Shown here: positions 1 through 16,744 of the stretch, piece after piece
How the letters are laid out: each line of letters opens with the position of its first letter
Position numbering within the stretch: position 1 is the stretch's first letter
Assembly: GCA_964016885.1 (NCBI GenBank)
Contig: OZ024758.1
Span: 9,424,001-9,488,000, forward strand
Length of the DNA: 64,000 nt
DNA from: Eledone cirrhosa
Taxonomy: Eukaryota
Direction: 5' to 3'
Made by a program: the position numbers and the translations under genes
The notes under the pieces: generated by a model
Seen by the model: only the letters and a program-made list of their open reading frames with translations
Databases searched by the model: none
What the model was told of the DNA's origin: nothing

Positions 1-482
1 CCTCATTGTTTCCCTCGCCAGACCTTCTAGCAGTCCTTTTCTCACTTACAGTCGCTGGGGTCAGTCGTGTTTTTTTCGTTCGATCACACGCTCTTGAACT
101 TAAGTTCTGTGGTCTTGGATTTTCTTGCCTTCAGTTGCTTGCACATTCTTCGGTTTGTTGTTGTTTTTTTTTCGCTGTTTTCTCTTTTCATCTCCTTTTC
201 TCTTCTATTTTCCTTCCCTCCCTCCTCCGTTTTCCCAATAACTTACCCAGTTATTGCACGCTCTGGGCGGTAGATATATTGTCTTTAAAGCGTTGAAACA
301 TCCGAGACCCCCAGTAGACAACTGATGAGGACCCCCTCCCCGTTCTTGCTTTCTTATTATTCTCATTCCAGTTTTAAGCCTAACTTAACTAGCAACTATA
401 CACCCATCCTATTCTCTCTCTCTATATATATATATTAGTGACGAAACATAAGTCAATTGCATGAACTCATAATGCTTTATTT

Positions 483-538
483 ACTGCTATATATATTTCG
501 ATGATAGCCATTGAATGGCTATGACCTCATCGGGCAGT
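483..538 (-). ncRNA. Minimal type I hammerhead ribozyme motif (core variant CCGAUGA) in a short Penelope-like element
   Basis: Minus strand reads ACUGC-CCGAUGA-GGUCAUAGCCAUUCAAUGGCUAUCAUC-GAAA-UAUAUAUA-GCAGU. Helix I is ACUGC/GCAGU, helix II is a hairpin and helix III is palindromic. Homologous to 15347 and 53130, and flanked by (TA)n. Confidence 0.7.
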
Positions 539-1316
539 TAGTCAGTTCTTAGATATGCCAGCTCTGTGTTTATAGTGTTGATGGTATCAGAGCCTTGGGA
601 CATATTATATATATATATATATATATATATAAATCGAACTATCGATAGCCATGAGTTTGCGTTTGACCAGCAAGCTGTATATACGAGGATAAAAGAAAAG
701 GCCCTTTCTCGGGAAGATCTGAAATGATTTAAGGCTAAGATCTAGAATGAATGTAAGTTTTCAAACCATAATGGATAATGAGTGAATTAAACCGGAAATG
801 ATTAGTTTACCGCCATCTTGGAAGCTTCTGACGATATTGATCAGCTTGAGGAGGATGTCAATCCAACAATAATAATAATGATGATATTAATAACCCCTCC
901 AAACACCCCACCCCCACACACACCCAACACACCCACACTCAAAGAAACAACCCCTTGGATCTTTAGAGGATTTCAACGTCTTTTAATAAGATAATTTTAC
1001 GTTTTCTAAATAGAAGTATATTCTATCTCACAAGATGTTGTTGTTGATTTAGTTTAATTACAGAAACTCTTTCACTTTCTTCTTCTTATAACTGCTATAT
1101 CCTGCTTAGAATTAAATCATTTACATAATTTACCATGGAATTGGGTCGAAAGGAATAATATCAAAGGAACGAAGAAAGAGGAAATAAAAATATAAACAGA
1201 AAAAAAAAATGAAAAGAACATAACACCCCCCCCCCCCCTCCTAAAAAAATCTGACTTAGTTGTAAAATATAGTTGAGTGTAGCTAAATATTAAAGTTAAT
1301 CATAGGTCAGCCTCGA

Positions 1317-1431
<115 letters not shown>

Positions 1432-1739
1432 AATATATATATATATATGTTAAAACAATGAAATAAAAAATCAAGTCATTAGAAATGTACCTCACTGCTT
1501 TACGATCGTTTCTAGGTGATGATAATACATCGTAACTATACTTCGATATCGATCTATGTAAGGTTAGTTACAAAATATCAGATAAAGAGAATATTTACTT
1601 ACATGCATACCACCAGCTGTTGTCAAAAGCAATAATAATTTTATTCAAAATTAGTAGTAAATTAGTATTATGTTTAGTTCTATGAGTTGAGTTCATCATG
1701 CAGACTAGATCCCACAACTTACCGTGGATATCTGTGTGT

Positions 1740-2122
1740 ATAAATATATATATATTTATATTTATATATATATATATATATGTTTATATATATATATATA
1801 TGTTTATATTTATATATCTATATATATATATATATATGTTTATATTTATATATATATATATGTTTATATTTATATATATATATATATATGTTTATATATA
1901 TATATGTTTATATATATATATGTTTATATATATATATGTTTATATATATATATGTTTATATATATATGTTTATATATATATATGTTTATATATATATATG
2001 TTTATATATATATATGTTTATATATATATATGTTTATATATATATATGTTTATATATATATATGTTTATATATATGTTTATATATATGTTTATATATATA
2101 TATGTTTATATTTATATATATT

Positions 2123-2154
<32 letters not shown>

Positions 2155-2164
2155 TATATATATT

Positions 2165-2196
<32 letters not shown>

Positions 2197-2328
2197 TATA
2201 TATATATATTTATATATATATATATTTATATATATATATTTATATATATATATTTATATATATATATATTTATATATTTATATATATATATATTTATATA
2301 TGTTTATATATATATATATATATATGTT

Positions 2329-2359
<31 letters not shown>

Positions 2360-2362
2360 GTT

Positions 2363-2393
<31 letters not shown>

Positions 2394-2428
2394 GTTTATA
2401 TATATATATATTTATATATATATATGTT

Positions 2429-2459
<31 letters not shown>

Positions 2460-2462
2460 GTT

Positions 2463-2493
<31 letters not shown>

Positions 2494-2496
2494 GTT

Positions 2497-2527
<31 letters not shown>

Positions 2528-3145
2528 GTTTATATATATATATATTTATATATATATATGTTTATATATATATGTTTATATATATATGTTTATATATATA
2601 TATGTTTATATATATATATGTTTATATATATATGTTTATATATATATGTTTATATATATATGTTTATATATATATATTTATATATATATGTTTATATATA
2701 TATGTTTATATATATATGTTTATATATATATGTTTATATATATATATTTATATATATATATTTATATATATATATGTTTATATATATATGTTTATATATA
2801 TATGTTTATATATATATGTTTATATATATATATTTATATATATATATGTTTATATATATATGTTTATATATATATATTTATATATATATATTTATATATA
2901 TATATGTTTATATATATATATTTATATATATATATTTATATATATATATGTTTATATATATATATTTATATATATATATTTATATATATATATGTTTATA
3001 TATATATATTTATATATATATATTTATATATATATATGTTTATATATATATATTTATATATATATATTTATATATATATATGTTTATATATATATGTTTA
3101 TATATATATATATGTTTATATATATATATGTTTATATATATATAT
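1740..3145. repeat. About 1.4 kb degenerate (TA)n array with TTTA/TGTTTA interruptions
   Basis: Directly visible; explains the 470-490 aa IY-rich pseudo-ORFs. Confidence 0.97.
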
Positions 3146-3677
3146 GTGTGTGTGTGTTTAGTGGTTCACCACTGGATAGAACTGATCATTCCGTTTAGTT
3201 AACCATGATATATTAATAGGAAAAGCACTCTACGTTACGCAACTCATCCATTGTTGATGTTGAATCTTGTGGGTTGAGCAGGAACGCAGTTAAATATTGG
3301 TCTGATTAAAACAAGAGGACTGGTGATGTTCCCTTAAAGTTTTGTTGTTGCAAAGACACTATATATATTTCAATAGCCTGGTTACGTAACATCCTGGCGA
3401 CATCATCAGGTTAGGATTGCATAATTAGTTAATCAATAAAGGAATTACGGCACGCACAAACAGAAAATAAAGAAAAAATATTTGATTCGGAGATGGCCTG
3501 CAACCTAGGTATGCATGACCTAGGTTTCAGGGTCCAGTTATGGCCACCATTGTATAGTGGAAGAGCCGTTTCAAGACTGGCCTTTCTCACTAGTCGCAAG
3601 AACACAAGATACCAAGGTCGCGCATAGATGCACAAGATTGAACATTATTATCCTTGGCTTTTAATCTACTCATATCC

Positions 3678-3727
<50 letters not shown>

Positions 3728-3732
<5 letters not shown>

Positions 3733-4160
3733 TAGTCCCCCGGTATTCGCGGGGATTAAGTTCCTAGAGCAAATGACGAAGAGTGAAAAACCGCGAATAT
3801 TGGACGTGGTCCATAAAAATGCCTATAAACGTTAAAATATAACGTAAAATATAATAAAAAAAGGGAGAGCGTCTTATGCGAAGGGGCGTCCGATAGGCCA
3901 GCAAATACGGTATATTGTTATAAATAATTTAGCGTCGATAAAATAGAGTACCAGTAATGTACTGGGTAATTGGTGGCCTTGGCCAATAGTAGAAGCAATA
4001 ATTTAGCGTTGAAAAAGATATATTGTCACGAAAAAAGCCATAAAAGATTCGCGGAAGATATTGATGATTCCGCGAATATGCGGTGGTTTCCACGAACAAT
4101 TAATTGTTAGGTTCTAATGGAAATTCTGCGAATAGCCGGGACCGCAAATGCCGGGGTACA

Positions 4161-4166
<6 letters not shown>
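3728..4166. mobile_element. Tigger/pogo-like MITE inside (TA)n, with a nested SINE 3' fragment
   Basis: Ends TA-CAGTAGTCCCCCGGTATTCGCGG and CCGCAAATGCCGGGGTACACTG-TA form imperfect TIRs starting CAGT with a TA target. The internal SINE tail (3936-3996) is flanked by a 13-bp duplication AATAATTTAGCGT (3923-3935, 3997-4009). Confidence 0.75.
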
Positions 4167-4210
<44 letters not shown>

Positions 4211-5081
4211 ATCATCGTCGTTTAACATCTATGCTTGCAGGGATTAGAGGGGTTGTTTTGCTCCTACAGATGTGTTTTTAACTTGGTTTCTAAGCAATTT
4301 GTATCGCCTAAGCAATTTGTATCGCCTGTTTCAAGCGTAAGACTTATTCAAATATTAATATAATCTATATTTCCTAATGTATACTATTTTAAAAAGTTCA
4401 TTTTACATCATGTTCCGAGTTATTTTATTTTTCGTTTTACCTCTTCATTGGGTTTACAAGATATTTCCTGTGAGTTATGGAAATTTTCTTATAGAATAAA
4501 TTATTCTAAGAGAACATATATGAATATATCTTATGTTTTTAACATCTTGAATATATCTTATATGAATATATCTTATGTTTTTAACATTGTTGAAGCTAAA
4601 TATTCTTTTCTGCCTATCACCCGAAATAAATCTAACCAAAATTTAATTTCATGTAAATAAAAGTAGTAGAAAATTTTCGAGGTGAATACGTTTCCTGTAG
4701 ACTATACATCGGTAACACAACAAAGACGGCACCTTAAAAACTGGCTTTTCTTTTCATAGCCAGAAAATACTTCACTCACCAACAACTAACCTTCTAAAAA
4801 GCTCAGCTGAAAACCACAATGGAGGATTACTCTGATATCTTGGTTTGTGCTACTCTGTCACATACACTAGACCATGTCTGATTGGCATGCTATTACTGAA
4901 ACATGTGCTGCCGCCTCCTTAGTTTCTGCTGCCATTACAATAACTTGCTCCATATAACCGGTCTTATGCCACCTCCATTCAACCACTTCCAATACACATA
5001 CCGCCCATACTGTATCTTCTCATGTTCAGCCCCCCCCCCCCCCACTAACCACATTTGGTTATTTCTGATGTTACACTGATG

Positions 5082-5270
5082 TACGAGGGTCGGCTGAAAA
5101 AGTTCATAGACTGACTATGAAGAGGTGATGCTAGAGCTGTGAAATCTTGCATGCATTAATTTCAACTCTTCTTATTAATAACTGCATTGTGTTTCTTTCT
5201 AAGGACTGTGTTTAAAAATGAGCCTCATTTGGTCATTCCATGAGAGTATCTTGGTCAGCCGACCCTCGTA
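5082..5270 (+). mobile_element. Mariner/Tc1-type MITE (about 190 bp), complete copy
   Basis: TA-CGAGGGTCGGCTGA...TCAGCCGACCCTCG-TA terminal inverted repeats with TA target sites. Further copies at ~8085-8235(-), 10143-10323(+), 39957-40134(-), 41711-41880(+), 43440-43563(-) and 44415-44708(+). Confidence 0.85.
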
Positions 5271-5282
5271 AGTGGACACTAC

Positions 5283-5420
5283 ATGGCCGAATGGTTAAGA
5301 AGTTCGCTTCGCAATCATTAGGTCATCGGTTCGATCCCACTGCTGGAAGTGACAATTACCATAGCTTCAGATCGATCCATACTTTGTGAATGAAATTAGG
5401 CACACGGGAACTGTTTGGAA
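5283..5420 (+). mobile_element. Old tRNA-derived SINE (family 3)
   Basis: A-box TGGCCGAATGG and B-box GGTTCGATCCC, with no intact cloverleaf. Related degenerate copies at ~10450-10615(-), 20290-20385(-), 35960-36050(-) and 37860-37950(-). Confidence 0.6.
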
Positions 5421-5664
5421 GACATTCTGATGGACTCTGGTATTCAAACAGCCAGCCGTGTCACCCGACACGTTAAGAGTACACGTGTCTGTAAAAAATG
5501 CTCAGTTAATTTCATGAGAAGACTGTTATGTTGATCGAACAACTGGGACATACATCATCTCGTCACAATCGGATGCTCATTTCATTCCATTGACGTAATC
5601 AGAACATGAGACATAAAGTGGGTCATGCTAGAGAAAACCGAAGTTATTCGCGATAAGTTTACCG

Positions 5665-5746
<82 letters not shown>

Positions 5747-5915
5747 TAAAATCTGTTTTTGTCTCTACCAGTTTTGTTATGTCCCAGTGTGCACTGGAAT
5801 GAAAGGTATCAACCTTAAAATAACCGAAACCGTAGTGATTTCTAGCGGTTGACTGAGAGGGAACTGTCCGTCTTTCCGTTGTTGTTTTTTTCCCATTGTG
5901 TTTGTCTTGTGCATC

Positions 5916-5964
<49 letters not shown>

Positions 5965-6160
5965 AATACGTATGCATAGTGCCTATGTTTACACACACAC
6001 ACAAGCGCGTGAACATTTGTATAAATACATATTTGTAGATACACACACTTGCACGAAGACGTATCTACTTTTAAACAATAATAAATCATTGAGGTTTCCT
6101 TCAATCATTTCAATATTCAATTAAGGCGTGAAACGAAAATTTCTGTTCACACTTAATTTT

Positions 6161-6700
6161 CTCTGTAGAGTATATATACTCTGCTCTGTAGAGTATATAT
6201 ACTCTGCTCTGTAGAGTATATATACTCTGCTCTGTAGAGTATATATACTCTGCTCTGTAGAGTATATATACTCTGCTCTGTAGAGTATATATACTCTGCT
6301 CTGTAGAGTATATATACTCTGCTCTGTAGAGTATATATACTCTGCTCTGTAGAGTATATATACTCTGCTCTGTAGAGTATATATACTCTGCTCTGTAGAG
6401 TATATATACTCTGCTCTGTAGAGTATATATACTCTGCTCTGTAGAGTATATATACTCTGCTCTGTAGAGTATATATACTCTGCTCTGTAGAGTATATATA
6501 CTCTGCTTTGTAGAGTATATATACTCTGCTTTGTAGAGTATATATACTCTGCTCTGTAGAGTATATATATACTCTGCTCTGTAGAGTATATATATACTCT
6601 GCTCTGTAGAGTATATATATACTCTGCTCTGTAGAGTATATATACTCTGCTCTGTAGAGTATATATACTCTGCTCTGTAGAGTATATATACTCTGCTCTG
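6161..6700. repeat. 23-bp minisatellite (CTCTGTAGAGTATATATACTCTG), about 23 copies
   Basis: Near-perfect tandem units, a few with an extra TA or a C>T change. Each unit contains the 16-bp palindrome AGAGTATATATACTCT. Confidence 0.95.
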
Positions 6701-6814
6701 TGAGAGCATCGAGTGCTCAAACGGCCTACAGGATACGGACGCTTTAAGCACCCCACACCAATTATATATATACATATATATGTGTTTGCTTCAAGTAAAC
6801 TACCACACACACAC

Positions 6815-6827
6815 ATATATGTATATA

Positions 6828-6863
<36 letters not shown>

Positions 6864-6869
6864 TGTATG

Positions 6870-6901
<32 letters not shown>

Positions 6902-7356
6902 TGTATATATATGTATGTATGTATATATATGTATATATATATGTGTATATATATGTATATATATTTATATATATATATGTATATATATTTATATATATAT
7001 GTGTGTATATATATGTATATATATATATATGTGTGTATATATATGTATATATATATATATGTGTGTATATATATGTATATATATATATATGTGTGTATAT
7101 ATATGTATATATATATATATGTGTGTATATATATGTATATATATATATATGTGTGTATATATATGTATATATATATATATATGTGTGTATATATATGTAT
7201 ATATATATATATGTGTGTATATATATGTATATATATATATATGTGTGTATATATATGTATATATATATATATGTGTGTATATATATGTATATATATATGT
7301 GTGTATATATATGTATATATATATGTGTGTGTATATATATGTATGTATATATATGT

Positions 7357-7396
<40 letters not shown>

Positions 7397-7520
7397 GTGT
7401 GTATATATATGTATATATATATATGTGTGTATATATATGTATATATATATATGTGTGTATATATATGTATATATGTATATGTATATATGTATATATATAT
7501 ATATGCATGTATATATTTAT

Positions 7521-7555
<35 letters not shown>
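6815..7555. repeat. Compound (TA)/(ATGT)/(CA) microsatellite array
   Basis: Directly visible. Confidence 0.95.
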
Positions 7556-7558
<3 letters not shown>

Positions 7559-7779
7559 ATAGGGGAGGGGGAGAAAGTGAGAGGAACCGAAACTGTCAAT
7601 TGAGGGGGGGGGGTATCATTAAAACCTGAAATTACGAGTAATTTTCCATCGTAATGCAAATACCTACAGTGAAGTCTGAAGAAGTCACATGAAATACCAA
7701 AGTCTAGGACAAATGCCAACTTCTAAATCTTCTACATTTCCTTAATGGACTTTATGATTAGCATTATTATTATTACGCA

Positions 7780-7812
<33 letters not shown>

Positions 7813-10142
7813 GTTGTTGTTGTCATCGTTTTCTTTTATTTTTACCTTGTTTGATCTATGGAAACGTATATTTACTTCTAGTTAACAAATCTGTGTCTGC
7901 CACGAATATTTGCTGTGCTAGCTAGTCGTACATTTAAGATTTAAAATATCTTTCCGGGAAGTTGTTTCGACTTGGAGAAGAAGGAAAAGAGAAAGAAAAA
8001 TAAGTGCAAAAATGAAATTATATATAATCTTTTATTTATTTGAACTTAAACTGTTTTCCTGTTTCATGTTATCATTACACTTCATGAAAAGTTTATAGTC
8101 TAACCAAGATACTCTCGTGGAATGACCAAATGAGGTTTATTTTTCAACATAGTCTCTGGAAAGAAACAATGCAGTTATTAATAGGAAGAGTTGAAATTAA
8201 TGCATGCAAGATTTCACAACTCTAGCATCACTCCCCCAAGCAACAAAGTTCTGGCTTCCGAATAAATGCGTAGAAAAACTACTTTATCATCTGCGATTCT
8301 TGGACAAGCTCGACTGTCAGCACTATCATATCTTGAACCATCCATGTTAACACTGCCAGACATTAGTAAATTATCTATATCTCCTGAGATACGAGACTAC
8401 CGAAATTGTCTTCGTTTAAGCGCAGAGCACACCCTGAGCCCTCTCCACACACAATTCTGTCATTAATCTATCAAATAATGCAATGATTGTGAGCAAGGGG
8501 TAACATTCCAGACGCCAGACCTAGATCTGTTGACTAGTCAAAGAGAAATGGCGTAGAAACATTTAACAACAACAACAAAATAAATGAAGAATGATCTTAT
8601 TCAACGTCTAGATAATTTCCAATCGACGAGATTCGGATTAGAAAAAAGGCAGCAAAACGACATTGAAAAGAGGAAAATTAATGATCATCAATATCATGCC
8701 AGATAAAGAAAGAGAAGAGAATTAGACTAACTACTGACTTACATACACTTAGGAATCAATGTAGTTACCTCAATACAAGACAAACTACGTAATGTGACGG
8801 CTGCAGCTTGAAGAAGTCTGTCTTCCATATACTTATATTTAGAGCAGACTGGTAGTTGGGTTTATTAGTTTGAGTCAAGAAATATGGATAATGTTTGAGG
8901 TAGGAATTAGGGATGATATCCTGGATTTAGTAAAGACATTTAGTTTGTAATTAGCTTTGTTTTAATGAGTGTATTAGTTACAAGTTTGACATTCGATGGT
9001 CTTATCCACCGGCTGTTTTGTTTATTATTGGTTTTGTTTTCGGAATGTATTAGTTACGTATAGGAACATTCAGAGATTATTTTGTGTTTGTTCTAGGTGT
9101 ATCTATGTTCTGATTTATGTATTTGACGGTTCTGTTTGCTTATTTACATATAGGTGAGGGAAAACAACAGGAAGGAATAGTATAGATGTATTTGATTAAT
9201 AATTAAAATAGAGTTAAGTGTAAGGTAGGTGGGGGGTGGCATCCATAAACCTCGGATGGTCTCGCTTGGGAGATCAACTCGAGGATCATTTAGAGGCGGT
9301 GGGGTTTTTTTTCCGATAGGGTCCTCTGGATGGCGTATATATGAGGACTCTGTAACTACGACCATCTCAGGAATAAATGGACGAAGATGAAGTAGTAGAA
9401 GAAGGGGGGTGGGTGGAGGAGAAGGAGGAGAAGAAGAAGGAGGAGGGTGAGAACTTTAGCTGTCCCAGTAATAGTTTATAGTTGTAATATCAACTATGAG
9501 CTAGACAGAAAAGCAGTAAAAACTAATTACTGCATCTAGAAAACATAATCCAAGAAATAATATTTAGCAGGAAACAAGGACAAAGTGGCCTTAAGTAAGT
9601 TGAAAACTATTATAAAATATTCACTGTATGGCAATAATATCCAGTAAAGAATAATAGAACATTATTACAAATTGCCAGAAAACACGAATTTTTTCTGTCT
9701 TCAATGAATCTAATCAATACAAAACAGGGGTTGACGTGGTAGAAGACTATTGTAAAGAGAAGGTAGAAACATCACCATCATCAGCAACAGCAGCAGCAAC
9801 AACAGCAACAACAACAACAACGACGACGACAATAACGACAACAACGTTAACACGCTAAAAACGAAGTTAAAATGTCTGTAGCATGGCATGCTAAAGTGAT
9901 GTTAAGAAAGACGTGGAAACGGTCAATACTTAAAGAAAAACAAAAAAACGAAAAGAATGGAATTAGAAAAATTGACAAGACTGGCTGAGAAGAGCAGGAC
10001 TGAAAACTGAGACAATGATTTCTAAATGTAACACAAGCCCAACACTTTCTTCTCGGAAACCACCAAATGTACACAATGTAACTAGAATTAATGGAGGATA
10101 CTGAATGGACAATAAGTGGAGGTTCAGAAGAACCAACCAGAA

Positions 10143-10323
10143 GAGTCGGCTGAAAAGTTCATAGACTGACTATGAAGGAGTGATGCTAGAGCTGTGAAAT
10201 CTTGCATACATTACTTTCAACTCTTCTTATTAATAACTGCATTGTTTCTTTCTGTGGAAAAATAAACCTCATTTGGTCAATCCATGAGAGTATCTTGGTC
10301 AGCCTTTACAGTCGACCCTCGTA
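10143..10323 (+). mobile_element. Mariner-type MITE copy
   Basis: Colinear with 5082-5270 and ends GTCGACCCTCGTA. Confidence 0.8.
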
Positions 10324-10793
10324 CATTGTCTCTGGTTGGTTAGTTTTAGTCGAGGAAGAATATATTAATAGAGTTCGTCTTTTTAAACATATACCGGAAG
10401 TTATCCGGGCTTTGTGTAATATTAACAGAAAAAAAAGTGTGACACAATGTGTGACAAAGTTGGATATTTTGAATAACAGACAGTCCACCGGATGGTCTTC
10501 CAACCAATCCCCGTCTACCCAATTTCACTCCAAAGATCGACCCCAAAACTATGGTAAATCACACTTGCCCAAGATGCCACGCAGTGCCATCGAACCCGTA
10601 AACAAACTTCTTAACTATTGCATGGTCCTATAACTTTAGAGGGATTTGTAGGGGCGCCATATTGACATACGGCGTTTCTATGACATTTTTTAAAACCAGG
10701 CGGAGCCCATCTCCTCTCCAGGTCTGATACAGCAGATTTTTTCTAGAGAGAGAGAGAGAGGGAGGAACTGAGAAAGGGATATAGAGGAATAAT

Positions 10794-10950
10794 CGACCCC
10801 AGTACTAAATTAGTACTTTTTTTTATCGACCTCGAAAGGATGAAAGGTAAAGTTAACCTCGGCGGGATTTGAACTCAGAGAGCCGAGAGTTTAAATCAAC
10901 ACCGCAAGGCACCTTATCTGATATTCTAACGACTGCCAATTCACTGCTTT
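10794..10950 (-). mobile_element. tRNA-derived SINE family 1, diverged copy
   Basis: Reverse complement of the B-box GAGTTCAAATCCC plus the central GCCTTTCATCC..GGTCGATAAA..AGTAC domain. Confidence 0.75.
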
Positions 10951-11408
10951 TCTCAACCATTAGAATCACACTATATGGTGAGTGCATTCTTACACTGCAG
11001 TTGTTAACCTTGAACAACTTTGTATGTTTTCCAGATAAGTCTAAATAAAGGAGAAGACTGATTCTTGTAGTTGTGAAACAACAACAACAACTACTGCTGC
11101 TGCTGCTACTACTACTACTACAAATGATAATAATAATAATGATGCTGACGACAACAGCAGTAACAAGTGTAGGCTACTTCACTATTTTAACGATATCTAT
11201 TATGACAGACATAAACACACCTGTTTACTAGTAAACATCAATAGTTCCAGTAATCAGCAGACATTCTACTTGTAGAATCACCTATTTTCCTCTTCATCTC
11301 GCTCTCTCCCTCTCTCTCTCGCTCGCTCTCTCTCTCTCTCTGTATATATATATGTGTGTGTGTATTTACACCACTTTTCTCCTAAGCGTGTATTTTGCAT
11401 CTCTTTAA

Positions 11409-11452
<44 letters not shown>

Positions 11453-11509
11453 GTGTACACAACTATATATCATGATTCTTTGTCATGCGTACACACACAT
11501 ATTGGTGGA

Positions 11510-11690
11510 TGGCGCAGACGGCATGGCAATCGGATATGTTTATGTTGGTCTGTAGCAGTGGAGACTTCCGGCATTCTTGACCCCTGGACCATATCCCTAC
11601 TCACTGCTATTGGAGTGAGTTGGCCGCCAGCAGGAGGTAAGCCCCGTCCTCCGAGACAATCTCCATCCTGTCTGCCGTGACTAAGAGAGC
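11510..11690 (+). pseudogene. Degenerate CRE-clade LINE 3' end (restriction-like endonuclease region)
   Basis: Translates VAVETSGILDPWTISLLTAIG, then frameshifted ..SILSAVTKR. This matches the PxAVETxG..GP..QRxSxAxxRGN C-terminus of CRE-type elements. Homologous to 50783-51070. Confidence 0.6.
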
Positions 11691-12164
11691 AAGTTAGTTG
11701 GTGGTAGGGGATATTCGTTTGGACATCACCCCAACAACTAATGGTAAAGTTACTTGTCACTCGTAGTATATACAGTGTGGGGGAGAATTACCACTGCTAG
11801 TGTTACCGATTAACCATTGACCCTTAATACAGGTTGTTTTTAAACCGGAAGTACTGACTGCTGTTGTTTTAACTCATTATAAAAACGGAAGCTTCTAGAA
11901 TTACTTCAGCCATATAAAATCAACCCAATAATCAATTTTATACTACATCTCATCAATTTCGTATTCAAAATCATGAAAAATTATGTAATCAACCAAACAT
12001 GATTTTATTTACAGATGCGCTCTACTGGTTATTTTTACATAGATCTGACGCTAAACGTTTCATTGTTTTCAAACGTTTATGCAATTAAACAGATTAGGCC
12101 TCTATGCGGAATCGACTATACCGCAGTTCATCAATGGAAATAAAAATAATCATTATGACCCTGT

Positions 12165-12460
12165 GTGGAGGCGCGTGGCCTAGTGGTAAGTCTGTTGGAC
12201 TTACGATCATAATGTCATAGGTTCAATTCCTGGACTGGCTTCTCTGTTGTGTTCTTGAGCAGAACACTTCATTCCACGTTGCTCCAGTATACTCAGCGGA
12301 ACATGACCACCAGCAGCAGTAGCAGCTGGGGTTTTCAACTCTGCGGACTGACTGGTGTCCTGCCCATGGAGAGGGAGTCATGTACTCTCAGTCGCTTAAC
12401 GCCAAGGAAAGCGAGACAAGCGCTGGCCTGATGAGTTTCCGGGCTCGAGACAGACTTTAT
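12165..12460 (+). mobile_element. tRNA-derived SINE family 2
   Basis: GGAGGCGCGTGGCCTAGTGGTAAG (A-box), GGTTCAATTCC (B-box) and a TTGAGCA.AACACTT..TTCACGTTGCTCC body. Relatives at 19790-19915(-), 25850-26122(-, two copies), 31437-33125(+) and 49255-49345(+). Confidence 0.75.
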
Positions 12461-12849
12461 ATAATGACCCAGTGAGTGAGGCTCTACCTTGCCGCTCGAC
12501 CTGCTAGAAATAATAACGAAATCTCAATGAAATCACTTCCTACGATATCGATAAAGTAAATACATTATATTTTGTAGTTTAACTTATCCATAAAAAGACT
12601 AGAAGGTCAATAATAGTGCTGCTTTTTTTTATTTTGACACAGAACTAGTGATTTGGAGGAGAAAGTTGAAAATCTATTAAATTAACCCCAGTTAATTGGT
12701 AGATTATTTTATCGATCCTGGAAGGATGAAAGGCAAAAGTTGCCTCGGCGAGATTTGAACTCGGGACGTAAGGAATCGAATGTTGCTAAGTATTTTCTCC
12801 TGACACCTTCAGTGTATTTGCCACGTGCGTAGACGCCGTCGCCGCCACC

Positions 12850-14935
<2,086 letters not shown>

Positions 14936-15178
14936 TACAAACATGGTATATATATCCAAGGGTTAAGAGCACTCAGTCGTTAGGAGGAGTTATATATAAT
15001 CAGCTACAACACTGACATAGAGGCAGCTAATACAAAAAGTATCCAGTAACTTGACAATTAACTAAAGGATAATTTCGGGATTATCTCCCTTTAGAACTCT
15101 CCTAAACCTTCTAAATTTTCCACAGGTCGACGCCATTTTCAAACTGCATTGTTTTGGCTTTATTATACATATACAAAC

Positions 15179-15224
<46 letters not shown>

Positions 15225-15228
<4 letters not shown>

Positions 15229-15450
15229 GATATGATTCCAGTTCCTCAGAGAAATAACAACCCAACCAGGAGCTGGACATATCGGAGTATTGACGGAGTA
15301 AAACACTTTAACAACATGTGTACCTGACTCTACCACACCAATTCGAACTGCCTGAAAAGGTCACAGCCAATGATGGCTGTCACCGAAATATATATAGCAG
15401 TACATCTTTAATAAACGAAGCCAAATCTTAAATATTTGACTTAATTACTT

Positions 15451-15460
<10 letters not shown>
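15225..15460 (+). mobile_element. Short Penelope-like element with hammerhead motif (15347-15401, core variant CUGAAAA)
   Basis: ACTGC-CTGAAAA-GGTCACAGCCAATGATGGCTGTCACC-GAAA-TATATATA-GCAGT. Closely similar to 53010-53240, with (TA)n on both sides. Confidence 0.75.
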
Positions 15461-15508
<48 letters not shown>

Positions 15509-15910
15509 ATGTGTATGCATGAGATAGATAGATAGATAGAGAGAGAGGGGGAGAGAAAGAGATTATAATAGTAATCGGTTTCCGTTAGTTGAATTTGTAT
15601 AACTTGCATAAATCGAAAACTGTTTTTTTTTACTCAACACATGAATCGCTTTTCATATTGAAGGATTAAAATTTATTATGTAAGTGACACGTATTTCGTT
15701 AATATGTAGGTGAGCACATTTAGAACTGCTAGTCCAATGTATGTTTTCGGAGAATTCCAATATTCTGCATCAGCAGTTTTACACACGAGCTTATCAACGT
15801 CTAAAAAAGCATACATCGGATTAGCTGTTCTAGATATAAACTAACATATAAACTAACGAAACACGTGTCAGCTACATAATAAATATTAATCCTTCAATTG
15901 CGAAATTGGT

Positions 15911-16650
<740 letters not shown>

Positions 16651-16667
16651 GCACGTGGTTATACTTG

Positions 16668-16744
<77 letters not shown>

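Noticed and set aside
5283-5345. Possible tRNA genes at A/B-box sites (also 12165, 17947 and others)
   Set aside because: No complete cloverleaf or acceptor stem; each continues into a SINE body.
12405-12450. GAAAG...CTGATGAG as a hammerhead
   Set aside because: No room for helix I and no valid junction; it is part of the SINE family 2 tail.
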